Assembly: GCA_021807125.1 (NCBI GenBank)
Contig: JAKAPK010000002.1
Location: 14,120 to 78,119, forward strand
Reading direction: 5' to 3'
Origin: Nanobdellota archaeon
GTDB lineage: Archaea > Nanobdellota > Nanobdellia > Parvarchaeales > Parvarchaeaceae
DNA: 64,000 nucleotides
Shown: piece after piece, positions 28,433 through 38,917 of the stretch
Layout of the letters: every line of letters begins with the position of its first letter
How positions within the stretch are numbered: the first letter of the stretch is position 1
Notes under the pieces: generated by a model
Databases searched by the model: none
What the model was told of the DNA's origin: nothing
What the model saw: only the letters and a program-made list of their open reading frames with translations
Program-made: the position numbers and the translations under genes

Positions 28433-30224
28433 TCAGTATCACCTTTGTTTCCCCTTTCAATACGCGTGAGAAGGCGTCGCTGACCTCTTCTTTACGCATC
28501 GGCCTTCCGTTGTACTTAAGTATCTGATTAGCTATAACTAAACCTGTCTGTGAAGCTATGTGTTGCCTTAGTTGGCCGCTTATGTTCTGCTCTATGCAAA
28601 CAGTCTTCTTAGATTTTTTAATCAGCTCTAATGCGTCAAGCGGCAACGGATTCAACATCTTTATTTGTACAAAAGCAATCTTATCAGAAAGACTTTCTGA
28701 TATTGCACCGGAAGGGCCTCCCCAAGACACAGCCACTAAGTCCGCTTTTTTTAAATCTCCAAATATTGTAAATCTTTCATCGGGAGGAACTTCAGTAAGT
28801 ATCTTTTCATACTTGAAATTTCTTTTTTCCATCATTCTATTCCTAATGTTGGGCTCTTCACTTATGTGACCTCTTTCGTCGTGTTCATCACCAGTATACC
28901 AAACAATAGTTGATGGATCACCCATTTGCACCCTAGGTGATATATTGTCATCGGTAAACCTGAATCGTTTATAATCCGAACCGGGAGACTGAATAAGTTT
29001 CCCGCGATCAACTTTGTACTTGGACTTTAAATCTCTTACAAAAGAGGCTTCTAGAGTTGTAGAAGCTTGTGCAACTGCCTTCTCTCCAAGAACTATTACT
29101 GGCATCTGATATTTTTCCGCGTAATTGAATGCCATAGAAACCGTACTTATGTATTCTTCTATGTTTCCCGGAGCTAATATCATATGCCCGAAGTCACCAT
29201 GTCCTATATGTGCCGCGAACATAAGGTCTCCTTGCTCTGTTCTTGTTGGCTGTCCTGTCGCTGGAGCGCCCCTTTGGTGGTCAACTACTACTATAGGCAC
29301 TTCACACATCCCTGCATATGTTATCGCTTCAGTCATAAGGGATAATCCTGGACCAGAAGTGGAAGTTGACGCACGTATACCTGCTATCGCTGCGCCGGTC
29401 GTCATGCAAATTACAGCGAGTTCGCTTTCCGGCTGCACTACTCTAATCCCAAGTTCTGGATGCGATTCTATGAACTCACTTTCATCACTGGCAGGAGTTA
29501 TTGGGTAATACACCTGCATCTTGCAGCCTGCCAGCGCTTTACCTATTGCAGAAGCGGCAAACCCTTCGGTATACAACAATTCCTTTTTATCTAGTATCGG
29601 CAAGCTGCTTACTTTTTTTATGTTTAGTGCGTCCATTGATTCCATAGTTTGATTTGCGACTGCGATGTTCATGTCTATTATTTGCTGTGGTTTATGCGAA
29701 AACACATCACTTATTATATCTGTTACTTTCTGTTCGCTAAGCCCAAGAAGATGTGCGGATATCGCAACCGCCATAACGTTTTTGGTTATCATTACATCGC
29801 TTGCCGGTTTATTGAATTTCTTGGCTACTGCATTGATAACGGTATCAAAATCAAACTGGATGACGTTTATGTCTTTTCTTTGTATACCGTTCGCATCTAT
29901 TTTAGAATCAATTACTAAAGTCCCACTTGGCCTTAGATCTTTCAGATGACCTTCGTGTACAACTTCCCCAAAGTTATTCTTTTCTCCGAAAACAGCTTCC
30001 TTGTCGAAGAAAACAGCGAGATCGACTTTACTGGAAAGCGCGCGCACTTTTTTGTCTGATACTCTTAATGTAAAGAAACTATGCATGCCTTTTATATTAG
30101 AGAAATATTCTCTATAGCCAAAAACATAATAACCGCACTTCATCATTATCCTTGCAAAAAGTTCAAGTGCAGAATCTATCCCGCTTCCCTGTTTGCCGCC
30201 GGTCATCCAGTTCAAATCAGTCAT
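28422..30224 (-). CDS. korA: 2-oxoacid:ferredoxin oxidoreductase alpha subunit (fused gamma/alpha type, as in two-subunit archaeal OFORs)
   Basis: 600 aa. N-terminal gamma-like domain then the alpha pyrimidine-binding domain. Two-subunit alpha+beta layout typical of Sulfolobus/Thermoplasma OFOR. Confidence 0.85.
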   Translation of the reverse strand: MTDLNWMTGGKQGSGIDSALELFARIMMKCGYYVFGYREYFSNIKGMHSFFTLRVSDKKVRALSSKVDLAVFFDKEAVFGEKNNFGEVVHEGHLKDLRPSGTLVIDSKIDANGIQRKDINVIQFDFDTVINAVAKKFNKPASDVMITKNVMAVAISAHLLGLSEQKVTDIISDVFSHKPQQIIDMNIAVANQTMESMDALNIKKVSSLPILDKKELLYTEGFAASAIGKALAGCKMQVYYPITPASDESEFIESHPELGIRVVQPESELAVICMTTGAAIAGIRASTSTSGPGLSLMTEAITYAGMCEVPIVVVDHQRGAPATGQPTRTEQGDLMFAAHIGHGDFGHMILAPGNIEEYISTVSMAFNYAEKYQMPVIVLGEKAVAQASTTLEASFVRDLKSKYKVDRGKLIQSPGSDYKRFRFTDDNISPRVQMGDPSTIVWYTGDEHDERGHISEEPNIRNRMMEKRNFKYEKILTEVPPDERFTIFGDLKKADLVAVSWGGPSGAISESLSDKIAFVQIKMLNPLPLDALELIKKSKKTVCIEQNISGQLRQHIASQTGLVIANQILKYNGRPMRKEEVSDAFSRVLKGETKVILNDY

Positions 30225-30278
30225 TAAAAGAAAATACGTTACTAGTATTAAAATTTAGACATCTTAAAGGTTTTAACT

Positions 30279-31148
30279 TTATATGAGTTGTTTCTTTATT
30301 AATTTTGGTATATTAATTGGTAAATCAGCTACTTTTACTCCTGCAGCCTCGAGAGCTTTAATCTTACTTTCTGCAGTGCCTTTACCCCTTGATATTATTG
30401 CTCCTGCATGGCCCATGCGTTTTCCTGGCGGTGCAGACCTACCTGCTATGTATGCTATTACGGGCTTGGAAACGCTCTTTTTTATAAACTCGGCTGCGTC
30501 CTCCTCTGCAGAACCACCTATTTCTCCAACCATGACTATTGCTTTTGTATCTGGGTCTTTTTCAAACAAAGAAAGTGCTTCTATAAAGGTAGTGCCTATT
30601 ACCTGATCACCGCCTAATCCTATCACGGTACTTTCACCAAAACCGAAATCGCTTATATAATTTACCACTTCATACGTAAGAGTCCCACTTCTTGATAGCA
30701 CGCCTATATTACCTGGCTTGAATATCATGTTCGGCATTATGCCTGCCTTGGAAAGACCTGGCGAAGCTATTCCTGGACAATTCGGTCCTATTATCCTAGC
30801 ACCCTTAATCTTAGAATATAGAACCAATTCCACAACATCATGAAAAGGTATGTGTTCGGTAACTATGACAACCAATTTTATTCCAGCATCTATTGCTTCT
30901 ATGACTGCGTCTTTTGCGTATGGTGCAGGCACGAATACAACGGATACATCGGCCCCAGTTGCTTTTACCGCGGCGTCTACGTCGTTGTAGACTGGTATAT
31001 TATCGATTTTTTCTCCCCCTTTGCCTGGCGTAACACCTGCGACCACTTTTGAGCCGAAGTCTCTCATTGCTCTTGCGTGAAACATGCCTTGATGCCCAGT
31101 TATCCCTTGAACGATTATTTTTGACTCTTTACCAAGAATTATTACCAT
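30279..31148 (-). CDS. sucD: Succinyl-CoA synthetase alpha subunit
   Basis: 289 aa. CoA-binding N-terminus [10 protein letters not shown] and phospho-histidine loop ([14 protein letters not shown]). Confidence 0.9.
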   Translation of the reverse strand: MVIILGKESKIIVQGITGHQGMFHARAMRDFGSKVVAGVTPGKGGEKIDNIPVYNDVDAAVKATGADVSVVFVPAPYAKDAVIEAIDAGIKLVVIVTEHIPFHDVVELVLYSKIKGARIIGPNCPGIASPGLSKAGIMPNMIFKPGNIGVLSRSGTLTYEVVNYISDFGFGESTVIGLGGDQVIGTTFIEALSLFEKDPDTKAIVMVGEIGGSAEEDAAEFIKKSVSKPVIAYIAGRSAPPGKRMGHAGAIISRGKGTAESKIKALEAAGVKVADLPINIPKLIKKQLI

Positions 31149-32264
31149 TTATTTAACCCCGGCCAATTCAATGACTTTCTTTACTGCTTCTTCCATGTCA
31201 GAAAATGAATTTATACCATTGGATTTTAAAATCTCGGTTGCTTCTTTTTCACGGAATCCTTTCAACCTCACTACGATATTAAATTTAGGCTTGAATTCTG
31301 ATATCGCTTTTATTAGCCCATCCGCAACAACGTCGCATTTAGTTACACCGCCGAATATATTTACAAATAATGCGCTTGGATTTGTTTTGTTTATAAGCTC
31401 AAATGCCTGCGTTATCTTTTCTGGATCATCGGTGCCTCCTAGGTCCAAAAAATCTCCTGCATCTGCATTATTATTCTTCAATATATCCAAAGTCGCCATT
31501 GTAAGGCCGGCACCATTGGCTATAACTCCGATCTTACCGCCCAGCCGTACAAAGGATATCCCTTTCTGCTTAGCTTCTAGCTCCAGAGGGTCAAGCCATC
31601 TTGAGGTATAATCTGTTATTTCCTTATGTCTGAACATCGCATCGTCTTCTATTACAACCTTTGAATCAAGGGCTATCAATCCGTTTTTCATTGAGTTTAA
31701 AACTAGCGGATTTATCTCAACTAGCTCCGCATCTTCTTTCTTATAGATATTAAAAAGACTGTTAAGCAACTGCAGCAAACTTATGGTTAATATATCTGGC
31801 AGAGATAACTGTCTTGAAATGAGTCTAGAAAAGTAGTCTGATATCCCCATCAAAGGATTTATTGAATACCGGTATATTTCGCTATCTTCTATCTTTTCTA
31901 TGTCAACGCCGCCTTTCTTAGATATTAGGAGCACTGGAAGCCTCGTACTCCTATCCAGTGAAATACTTACATAAAACTCGAGATCGTGTGGCACCTCTTC
32001 CTCGAGCAGAAAGCTGTCGGCGGTGTAACCATCAAACTTTAGTTTACTTATATTTTGGATTGCTTTTTCAACTTCTGCTTTGTTATTTACTTTTACTACC
32101 CCGCCTCTTTCGCCCCTGTGGCCGACAGGCACTTGCGCTTTCAAGAAACTTGTCGTTTTAAATTCAGGAATGCTAGTCTCATTTTTTATTATAATACTTT
32201 TTGGAACAGTTATACCATATCTTGACAGCAATTCTTTTCCCTGATACTCTAAAAGTTTCACCAT
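31149..32264 (-). CDS. sucC: Succinyl-CoA synthetase beta subunit (ATP-grasp)
   Basis: 371 aa. N-terminus MVKLLEYQGKELL and the ATP-grasp fold; abuts sucD with no gap. Confidence 0.9.
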   Translation of the reverse strand: MVKLLEYQGKELLSRYGITVPKSIIIKNETSIPEFKTTSFLKAQVPVGHRGERGGVVKVNNKAEVEKAIQNISKLKFDGYTADSFLLEEEVPHDLEFYVSISLDRSTRLPVLLISKKGGVDIEKIEDSEIYRYSINPLMGISDYFSRLISRQLSLPDILTISLLQLLNSLFNIYKKEDAELVEINPLVLNSMKNGLIALDSKVVIEDDAMFRHKEITDYTSRWLDPLELEAKQKGISFVRLGGKIGVIANGAGLTMATLDILKNNNADAGDFLDLGGTDDPEKITQAFELINKTNPSALFVNIFGGVTKCDVVADGLIKAISEFKPKFNIVVRLKGFREKEATEILKSNGINSFSDMEEAVKKVIELAGVK

Positions 32265-32330
32265 ATTCAGTATAAGATAAAGTAAACACGGTTGGAATAA
32301 AAGACTATCTGAATATCCTTATAAAATAAA

Positions 32331-35300
32331 TTAACAAAGGTAATTGCAGGTTACTATTGAGAACACGCCGGCGATACCAAGTACATAATTTTCTGCGTAT
32401 ACATCATCAAAATATGAATTTGTTGTCGTATTCAAGATACCTATATTACTGCTTGCACTAAGTGAACCAATTAGTGTATATTTATCGTTGGGTGTAATTG
32501 CTAGCCCAGCATTGTTACTGTAGGCGCTAGTCTGTATAGCGGTTATTTCACTATCAGATGATAGATTAACGATTGCTGTATCTACACCATTCAATTGCGT
32601 AACGTACCCGTACTTACCATCCGGTGTTATTGATATTAGATATGGGGATATTGAAAGCCCGACAGACCCAATAATATTATTTGTAGAGGTGTTTATAATA
32701 GACAACTTGTTTAACAAATCATTTGTAACGTAGGCGAGCTTACCGTTTGGTGCAATAGCTATATTTTGTGCGCTTCCGGATATATTAGCAATTACTTTGT
32801 TAGTAGACGCATCTATTACTGACGTATTAGATAACGTCGCAACATAGACATACTCATTATTAGGAGTTACCTCCACACCTTCTGGTCTTGCCGCTACAGC
32901 TATGTTAGTTATAACTTTGTTTGTCGTGGTGTTTATTACAGAAGTGATATTTGAGTAAAAACTTGTAACGTAGGCGAGCTTACCATTTGGCGCTATAGCG
33001 ACGGCCCATGGGTCTTTGCCTACAGTTATATTTGTTATTATCTTATTTGAAGAAGTATTTATCACAGAAACATTTGTTGGCCAATTTGGAACATATAAGT
33101 ACTTATCATTAGGTGTAAGTGCCATTTGCTGAGCATTTACATTAGAAAAGCCGGTTATAGTAACGGCGGTACGATCAAGTGTGGATCCATTTAAAAAATA
33201 AACAGCATTCTCGCCTTCGGCTAAAGCATAGAAATTTGAAGTGCAACCACCGAAGTTATAATCGGCTCCTGCATGAACATCTGCATAGCCCTTATATTGG
33301 GAGTCTACATCTACCGCTGGTGGTAACGGACAAAAATCTGTTACAGCCGCTGTTGTACCTAAATTTCCTAATGTCGTATAAAATATTATTGGTGTTCCTG
33401 TTGCTGCTGATTTTACACTTCCGTTATAATCTACCCACCATGTGCCGGAATGCGAACTTGCCTCTGTAAATGTTGTTGTACAAGTCCATACGGGGGTAAT
33501 ATACGAGCCGTTAACATAGTAAACACTTGCTTGTATGTTACTCGGTGCGCTACAATTGAAATTTGATTGATAACTATTTGCCTCAAAATGGAATTCCCCA
33601 TTTAGACCTTTGTTTATAGGAACTATTATGTGACTATTGTAGCCGTCAGATATATAACCGCTAACATTTATAGTGTTATTGACTAAGTCTTTTCCAGTAT
33701 ACCAAGCATAAACCCACCAACCTCCATAATAACTTAATGTGCCTGGAAAAACGAAAGTCTCATTGCAGTAAGTGCTTCTAGAGAATGATAAAGAAGTTGT
33801 ACTACCGGAGGTTATATTATACGTTGAGGGAGAAACATAATAAGTAGTCATACAGTTTCCTGTTTTATTTGAAATATTAGCAATCCAATATTTATTTGTT
33901 TCTTTGCCATACTGTGAAAAAGTGATTTGACTTGTAAAGGATGAATTTGTTAAGTTATACGTTGGATATAATCCTTGAGTAACATTCCATCTGTAGCCAG
34001 ATGGAACACCAGATTCTGTGAAGGTAGTAATACAGAACGTGGAACTTGAATAAGATATTATGGTGTTGTTGGAACCTGCGAGCGATGAACCTGAGGTTGG
34101 GCTAGGAGTGTAAGTCGTCGTACAGCCAAGAGTAGAGTTTGACTGCGTGTATGCATTATAGCTGAATACGCCTTCCACCGTCGTGAACGAGGTCGACGGG
34201 CTCGTGATCCCCGAATGATAAACTGAATCATAAGTGGAGTTCCACGAATAGCTAGTCGGTAGACCCGATTCTGATACATTGGTGGCACAGCTCCATGTTG
34301 GTGTATTAGTGGCGCCCCTATTTGAGTTCCCTGAGGAAGTGCATTTCAAATGCATTGGCACATATTTGTATCCGTATCCTTCGACGTACTTGTAGACACT
34401 AGTGTAGATACCGGCGCTGAATGGTGATGCAGATCCGCTTGGAGTATCTATGTATATGCTCCTATTTATTAAGTCTGAGGAGTTGACGCTGATGAAATCA
34501 ACATACCAGCTACTGTTATAACTTGGAGAGACAGAGTTATTAGTGTAAGGCAGCAGTCCTGTGTCTAAGAAAGTCGTTACAAGACAACCTGCTGCGTAAG
34601 TCACGCTCTGCGTGGAACCGGCAGATATGACTCCTGAATTCGGCGTAGGACAGTATGGAGTCCCCGAAGACCAAGCTGTGTCGGCGGTGAACTGCGCTCC
34701 CCCTAATGAGGTGTTTATGACTATCTGACTTGACGTGGAGCTCCCTTGGGTGCCGTTGAATGTCGCGTTCCACAAAGTATCTGAAGGCAAACCCGTTTCG
34801 GTGAACGTCGTCAGACAATACGAAATTTTGAAATTTATACTAAGTGTCTTACCGGCCGTCAGACTTCCAGTTAATATGGGCAGACTAGTAGAAGAATTTA
34901 AGGGGATGTATGTACAACCGTTGACTACTTGCCTGTATATCGTGAAAAGGTGACTGCCTCCAGGCGTGTTTATCCTCATTGATGTTGCTGTAGAACTATT
35001 ATATACGGAATCATATGTAAGATTCCATCTCGTCCCGCTGGGAAGACCTGTTTCAGAGAACACACTAGTGCACGTCGTGCTGTTGGAGAACAAGATTATG
35101 TTGTTCGTGCCGGCGACTATGTTGCCCGAATTTGGAGAGGGAGTATAGAGGGTCTTGCAGCTTCCGCCTCCTCCTCCGCCGACTATTCTACCGTATACTG
35201 TTATTGGATCGATCGTAGGGACAGAAATCGCATAAGAGCCCGACGGCGTGTCAAACTGCATTTCCTGGGAGGTCGTCGATTCAAAGATACTGTCATAAGT

Positions 35301-36416
35301 CATGTTCCATAATTTGCCCGATGGAAGACCCGATTCGACGAATGTCGTCACGACTGCCGTGGATGTGTTTATTCCTATGAAGGATGCCGTGTTCACTGCA
35401 GCAGTCGTATCACTGTAGCATACGTTAAGGGATTGGTGACCGACTACTGCGTAGGAAGCGTTGGAATCTATGCCGGTCGTCTGGTTCATCGAGATGAGAC
35501 TGCCGCTGTCCGTGGCACTGTCACAGACATACATCGAATAATAGGAAGGGAGAGAAGTCCTTACGTATCCTGCCGAGTTGTTTATGCTTCCATTAACCTG
35601 GTAGTCACAAGCGGAGCCATGGAAGACATACGCTGCCATTGCCACGTTGTCGCTGGAGCCCGTGTCATTGACATAATACGTTCCAGATGGCTGGGAAGGA
35701 CAGACCGCTATCGTCGAGTTCTCATAACTCCCGTCTGATTCGTGTCTTACTAAATAACAGTCAGAGGGCATCTTGAACGGAGAATAAGTATAGAGTCCGG
35801 CTGCGGCTATCACCGTGAATGTATTTGGATCGGCTACCGTATAGGTCATGCTGTCCGGACTGGTGTTGGCGTTGTCGGTGAACGTATAAAGATTATATAC
35901 CAAAGAACATGGAAGCGAGGACGAAACGCTTGAGAAAATGTCTCCAGATTGCTTTCCCAAACGTATACTGCCGGTAGAGGTGAGGTTCGAAAGGCTGTTT
36001 ATCACCGTGTAGTGTATCGTCCCTACAACTGAAACGGTGCTTCCCGAGAAGGTCCCTTTAACATAGCATCCCGTGTACTGTCCCTGTAGGAGGATTATAT
36101 TCGTACAATTACTCACCGTGAACAGCTGGTTTCCCTCAAGCAATGTCGCGTTGTTTATCCTTATGGCTGAACCGAACTGGTCGGATATCGTTAGCTTGAA
36201 GTAGGAATCGTTCACTGCTGCATTTGTGATAGGTACCTGTGAGAAACCGACTATCAATGGCGTACTGGTAACGCTTACAGAGGGATTGAATATACCAAAG
36301 GAGAAAAGTATCGCTGCTATTAAAACTATTATCAAGATTGCCCAGCCGTAAGTCATCATATATTCTAATGCTGATTGACCTTTATGCCGACGATTCTTTG
36401 TGAGTTTATATGTCAT
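32331..36416 (-). CDS. Giant (1361 aa) N-glycosylation-rich surface protein. It has an archaeal class III (type IV prepilin-like) signal peptide, about 8 tandem Cys-bounded ~95-aa domains with the signature T(E/D)(S/T)GLPSGxxWN, and C-terminal YVTN-type beta-propeller repeats.
   Basis: N-terminus MTYKLTKNRRHKG/QSALEYMMTYGWAILIIVLIAAILF has a charged n-region, a KG|Q cleavage site, Glu at +5 and a hydrophobic helix: a textbook FlaK/PibD prepilin peptidase substrate. Residues ~357-1030 repeat TTFVESGLPSGKLWNMTYDS, SETGLPSGTRWNLTYDS, TETGLPSDTLWNATF, SESGLPTSYSWNSTYDS and TESGVPSGYRWNVT, each followed by INTPxGS and PSPNSGxxAG and ending in Cys. Residues ~1040-1340 carry at least five repeats of (K/N)xYVxN...S(V/I)INTSTNK(V/I)I(T/A)NI, the YVTN beta-propeller repeat family. 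There are dozens of NxS/T sequons. Confidence 0.7.
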   Translation of the reverse strand: MTYKLTKNRRHKGQSALEYMMTYGWAILIIVLIAAILFSFGIFNPSVSVTSTPLIVGFSQVPITNAAVNDSYFKLTISDQFGSAIRINNATLLEGNQLFTVSNCTNIILLQGQYTGCYVKGTFSGSTVSVVGTIHYTVINSLSNLTSTGSIRLGKQSGDIFSSVSSSLPCSLVYNLYTFTDNANTSPDSMTYTVADPNTFTVIAAAGLYTYSPFKMPSDCYLVRHESDGSYENSTIAVCPSQPSGTYYVNDTGSSDNVAMAAYVFHGSACDYQVNGSINNSAGYVRTSLPSYYSMYVCDSATDSGSLISMNQTTGIDSNASYAVVGHQSLNVCYSDTTAAVNTASFIGINTSTAVVTTFVESGLPSGKLWNMTYDSIFESTTSQEMQFDTPSGSYAISVPTIDPITVYGRIVGGGGGGSCKTLYTPSPNSGNIVAGTNNIILFSNSTTCTSVFSETGLPSGTRWNLTYDSVYNSSTATSMRINTPGGSHLFTIYRQVVNGCTYIPLNSSTSLPILTGSLTAGKTLSINFKISYCLTTFTETGLPSDTLWNATFNGTQGSSTSSQIVINTSLGGAQFTADTAWSSGTPYCPTPNSGVISAGSTQSVTYAAGCLVTTFLDTGLLPYTNNSVSPSYNSSWYVDFISVNSSDLINRSIYIDTPSGSASPFSAGIYTSVYKYVEGYGYKYVPMHLKCTSSGNSNRGATNTPTWSCATNVSESGLPTSYSWNSTYDSVYHSGITSPSTSFTTVEGVFSYNAYTQSNSTLGCTTTYTPSPTSGSSLAGSNNTIISYSSSTFCITTFTESGVPSGYRWNVTQGLYPTYNLTNSSFTSQITFSQYGKETNKYWIANISNKTGNCMTTYYVSPSTYNITSGSTTSLSFSRSTYCNETFVFPGTLSYYGGWWVYAWYTGKDLVNNTINVSGYISDGYNSHIIVPINKGLNGEFHFEANSYQSNFNCSAPSNIQASVYYVNGSYITPVWTCTTTFTEASSHSGTWWVDYNGSVKSAATGTPIIFYTTLGNLGTTAAVTDFCPLPPAVDVDSQYKGYADVHAGADYNFGGCTSNFYALAEGENAVYFLNGSTLDRTAVTITGFSNVNAQQMALTPNDKYLYVPNWPTNVSVINTSSNKIITNITVGKDPWAVAIAPNGKLAYVTSFYSNITSVINTTTNKVITNIAVAARPEGVEVTPNNEYVYVATLSNTSVIDASTNKVIANISGSAQNIAIAPNGKLAYVTNDLLNKLSIINTSTNNIIGSVGLSISPYLISITPDGKYGYVTQLNGVDTAIVNLSSDSEITAIQTSAYSNNAGLAITPNDKYTLIGSLSASSNIGILNTTTNSYFDDVYAENYVLGIAGVFSIVTCNYLC

Positions 36417-36535
36417 ATATTATTATTTTGACAATAATTCCATATTTTTTGTAGCTATTATGCTTTTCTGTATATTGATATAGCCTTGTTCAATGAAATT
36501 GAAAGAATTATATTTGAATATGATATCCATATTTA

Positions 36536-38281
36536 GTGGATAAGCTTGAATACGACATAGTAATTCTCGGAACTGGGCTTGGAGGGATGCGCGCAGCTTT
36601 GGAAGCCACTAAGAAAAGCGGTTCCAAACTTAGGATAGCCCTCATATCAAAGATACACGCAATGAGAAGCCATTCTGTCGCAGCGGAGGGGGGTATATCT
36701 GGAGTATTATATCCTGATAAAAACAAAGACTCTTTTGAGTTACATGCATACGATACTATAAAAGGCTCAGATTACCTTGCTGATCAAGACGCAGTGGAAA
36801 TGCTTGTAAGAAACGCCCCACACGAAATAAGACTTCTTGAGCATCTTGGTGTGCCGTGGAATAGAGACAAAGACGGTGAAATACAATTTAGAGCGTTTGG
36901 GGGTATGAGCACACCGAGGACTGCATTTGCAGCCGATAAGACCGGCTTTTTTATGTTGAATTCTATCTACGATACTTTATTAAGATTTGATAACATAGAT
37001 GTGTTTCATGAATATTACGCCACTAAGATGTTACTGGACAAAGGCGTTTTCAAGGGGTTCTATGTTATAGATCTTGCAACTGGAAATAGAAAACTCATTG
37101 TTGCAAGACAAGGAATAATAGCTACTGGCGGAGCTGCACGGGTTTACGAGTTCACAACCACTTCTTATTCAAGTACCGGTGATGGTCTGGGTTTAGCCTA
37201 TCGAGAGGGGCTGCCATTAAAAGACATGGAGTTCGTACAGTTTCACCCTACTGCACTTGTTCCCAGCGGGATACTAATAAGTGAAGCCGCGAGAGGCGAA
37301 GGGGGATACCTGTTAAATTCTAAAAATGAAAGATTCATGGCGAATTACGCAAAAACAAAAATGGAACTTGCTCCACGCGACATAGTATCAAGAGCAATAA
37401 TGACTGAAATAGAAGAGGGCCGCGGGATAAAAGACCCTACATCGGGCATGGATTATGTGCTTCTTGACCTTAGACATCTTGAACAAAAGATACTTGATGA
37501 AAAGCTACCTATGATAAGGGAAATTGCGATAAAGATGCTAAAAATAGATCCTGCATATGAGCCCCTTCCGATAAGACCAGCATCCCATTTTACAATGGGG
37601 GGTATAGCCTCAAACAAGGAGGCTGGCGTTCTATACACAAAGAAGAAGCAAGTACGCGGCTTGTGGGCGGCCGGCGAGTGCGGATCAGTAAGCGTACATG
37701 GTGCCAATAGACTTGGGAGCAATTCTCTCAGCGAATGTATAATATGGGGAAGAATAGCCGGCGAGGCAGCCGCAAAAAGTGCATTGAAAACGCGTGGACT
37801 TTCGGCCGTGGATAAATGGCTGGAAAGGGCTGTTACGGATGAAGACATGAGGATATCAAAGCTTCTGGATAGCCATGGTGAACATAATCCTTATCAGATA
37901 AGAAAGGAGCTTTGGAGGACTATGGAGGAAAACGTGCATGTTTTCAGAAATAAACAAAGACTTACAAAAGCTAAGAAAAAACTTAAGGAATTAACCGCAC
38001 GCTTTTCTAATATTTACGTCGGTGACAAAGGCAATATATATAATACAAATCTGAGAGACGTTTTTGAGTTAGAAAATATGCTGAATCTGTCGGCGGTTAT
38101 AACAGAGTGTGCGCTTAATCGAACAGAAAGCCGCGGCGGACATTGGAGAACAGATTACCCAAGCAGAGATGACAAACGCTGGCTAAAACACACACTTGCG
38201 TTCAAAAGTGCTAAAGGCATAAGACTAGACTACCTACCTGTAAAAATAACAAAGTGGAAACCTGAAATAAGAAAGTACTGA
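36536..38281 (+). CDS. sdhA: Succinate dehydrogenase / fumarate reductase flavoprotein subunit
   Basis: 581 aa, GTG start. FAD-binding DIVILGTGLGGMRAA, covalent-FAD histidine motif RSHSVAAEGG, and C-terminal capping domain. Confidence 0.9.
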   Translation: MDKLEYDIVILGTGLGGMRAALEATKKSGSKLRIALISKIHAMRSHSVAAEGGISGVLYPDKNKDSFELHAYDTIKGSDYLADQDAVEMLVRNAPHEIRLLEHLGVPWNRDKDGEIQFRAFGGMSTPRTAFAADKTGFFMLNSIYDTLLRFDNIDVFHEYYATKMLLDKGVFKGFYVIDLATGNRKLIVARQGIIATGGAARVYEFTTTSYSSTGDGLGLAYREGLPLKDMEFVQFHPTALVPSGILISEAARGEGGYLLNSKNERFMANYAKTKMELAPRDIVSRAIMTEIEEGRGIKDPTSGMDYVLLDLRHLEQKILDEKLPMIREIAIKMLKIDPAYEPLPIRPASHFTMGGIASNKEAGVLYTKKKQVRGLWAAGECGSVSVHGANRLGSNSLSECIIWGRIAGEAAAKSALKTRGLSAVDKWLERAVTDEDMRISKLLDSHGEHNPYQIRKELWRTMEENVHVFRNKQRLTKAKKKLKELTARFSNIYVGDKGNIYNTNLRDVFELENMLNLSAVITECALNRTESRGGHWRTDYPSRDDKRWLKHTLAFKSAKGIRLDYLPVKITKWKPEIRKY

Positions 38282-38282
38282 T

Positions 38283-38696
38283 ATGGAAAAACAATTGTAC
38301 GACGTGCGGGGACGACAAATGAACATATTCAGATTAGCAAGATTTTACAAAGAGGGTTTCGTGCATGCTTTTTTTTATCGTGTGCTTGTACTCGTCGCCC
38401 CTATATATGGTATTCTTATATTAACGTCTCTCATTTTTGTGTATCCCGCTTGGATAATACCTATATTTACACTAGTAGTATGGGTGCTTTTTACACCTCA
38501 AATATTCGAAACGGCTAAGGGCGCGGCAATGATAAGAAGCGGTGGCGCGGATTTCAATAGATTCAATGAAGAATATAGATTCACAATTAAAGTCAACTAC
38601 GGGAAGAAACAGGGATACGGCGTACTTTTACCCTTTATTGTGCTTGCAGTTTGGATATTAGGATTTGTAGTTTTTTTATGGTATAATTTTATATGA
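38283..38696 (+). CDS. Small 3-TM membrane protein, putative SDH membrane anchor subunit
   Basis: 137 aa, three predicted TM helices. Sits between sdhA and sdhB with 1-nt spacing after sdhA. No sequence motif confirms it. Confidence 0.4.
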   Translation: MEKQLYDVRGRQMNIFRLARFYKEGFVHAFFYRVLVLVAPIYGILILTSLIFVYPAWIIPIFTLVVWVLFTPQIFETAKGAAMIRSGGADFNRFNEEYRFTIKVNYGKKQGYGVLLPFIVLAVWILGFVVFLWYNFI

Positions 38697-38917
38697 AATT
38701 AAAAATATCCGGTTTCAAAGTAATGTTCTTCTTTTATGGTGCGATGATAGGTGTGCCAATATTATTGGTATTGCTATCGTTCAGCGTGTTTGCTGGTTCT
38801 TTTGTAAACGCAGTTATATTAAATGAAATAAAAGCTGTTTTGCTTTTACTTGTAGGCATTGGCTCTGTTGTTTTCGGAGTTATAGGAATAAAGCAGGTGT
38901 ATTTACATGCAAAATAA
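38693..38917 (+). CDS. Small 2-TM membrane protein, putative second SDH membrane anchor subunit
   Basis: 74 aa, two hydrophobic helices. Overlaps the upstream gene (ATGA) and sdhB start, so operon-embedded. Confidence 0.35.
   Translation: MKLKISGFKVMFFFYGAMIGVPILLVLLSFSVFAGSFVNAVILNEIKAVLLLLVGIGSVVFGVIGIKQVYLHAK

Noticed and set aside
33179-35738. Several 60-101-aa ORFs on both strands inside the giant surface protein gene
   Set aside because: They are embedded in a 4-kb uninterrupted ORF with a clear repeat architecture. The small ORFs are Arg/His-rich antisense or out-of-frame translations.
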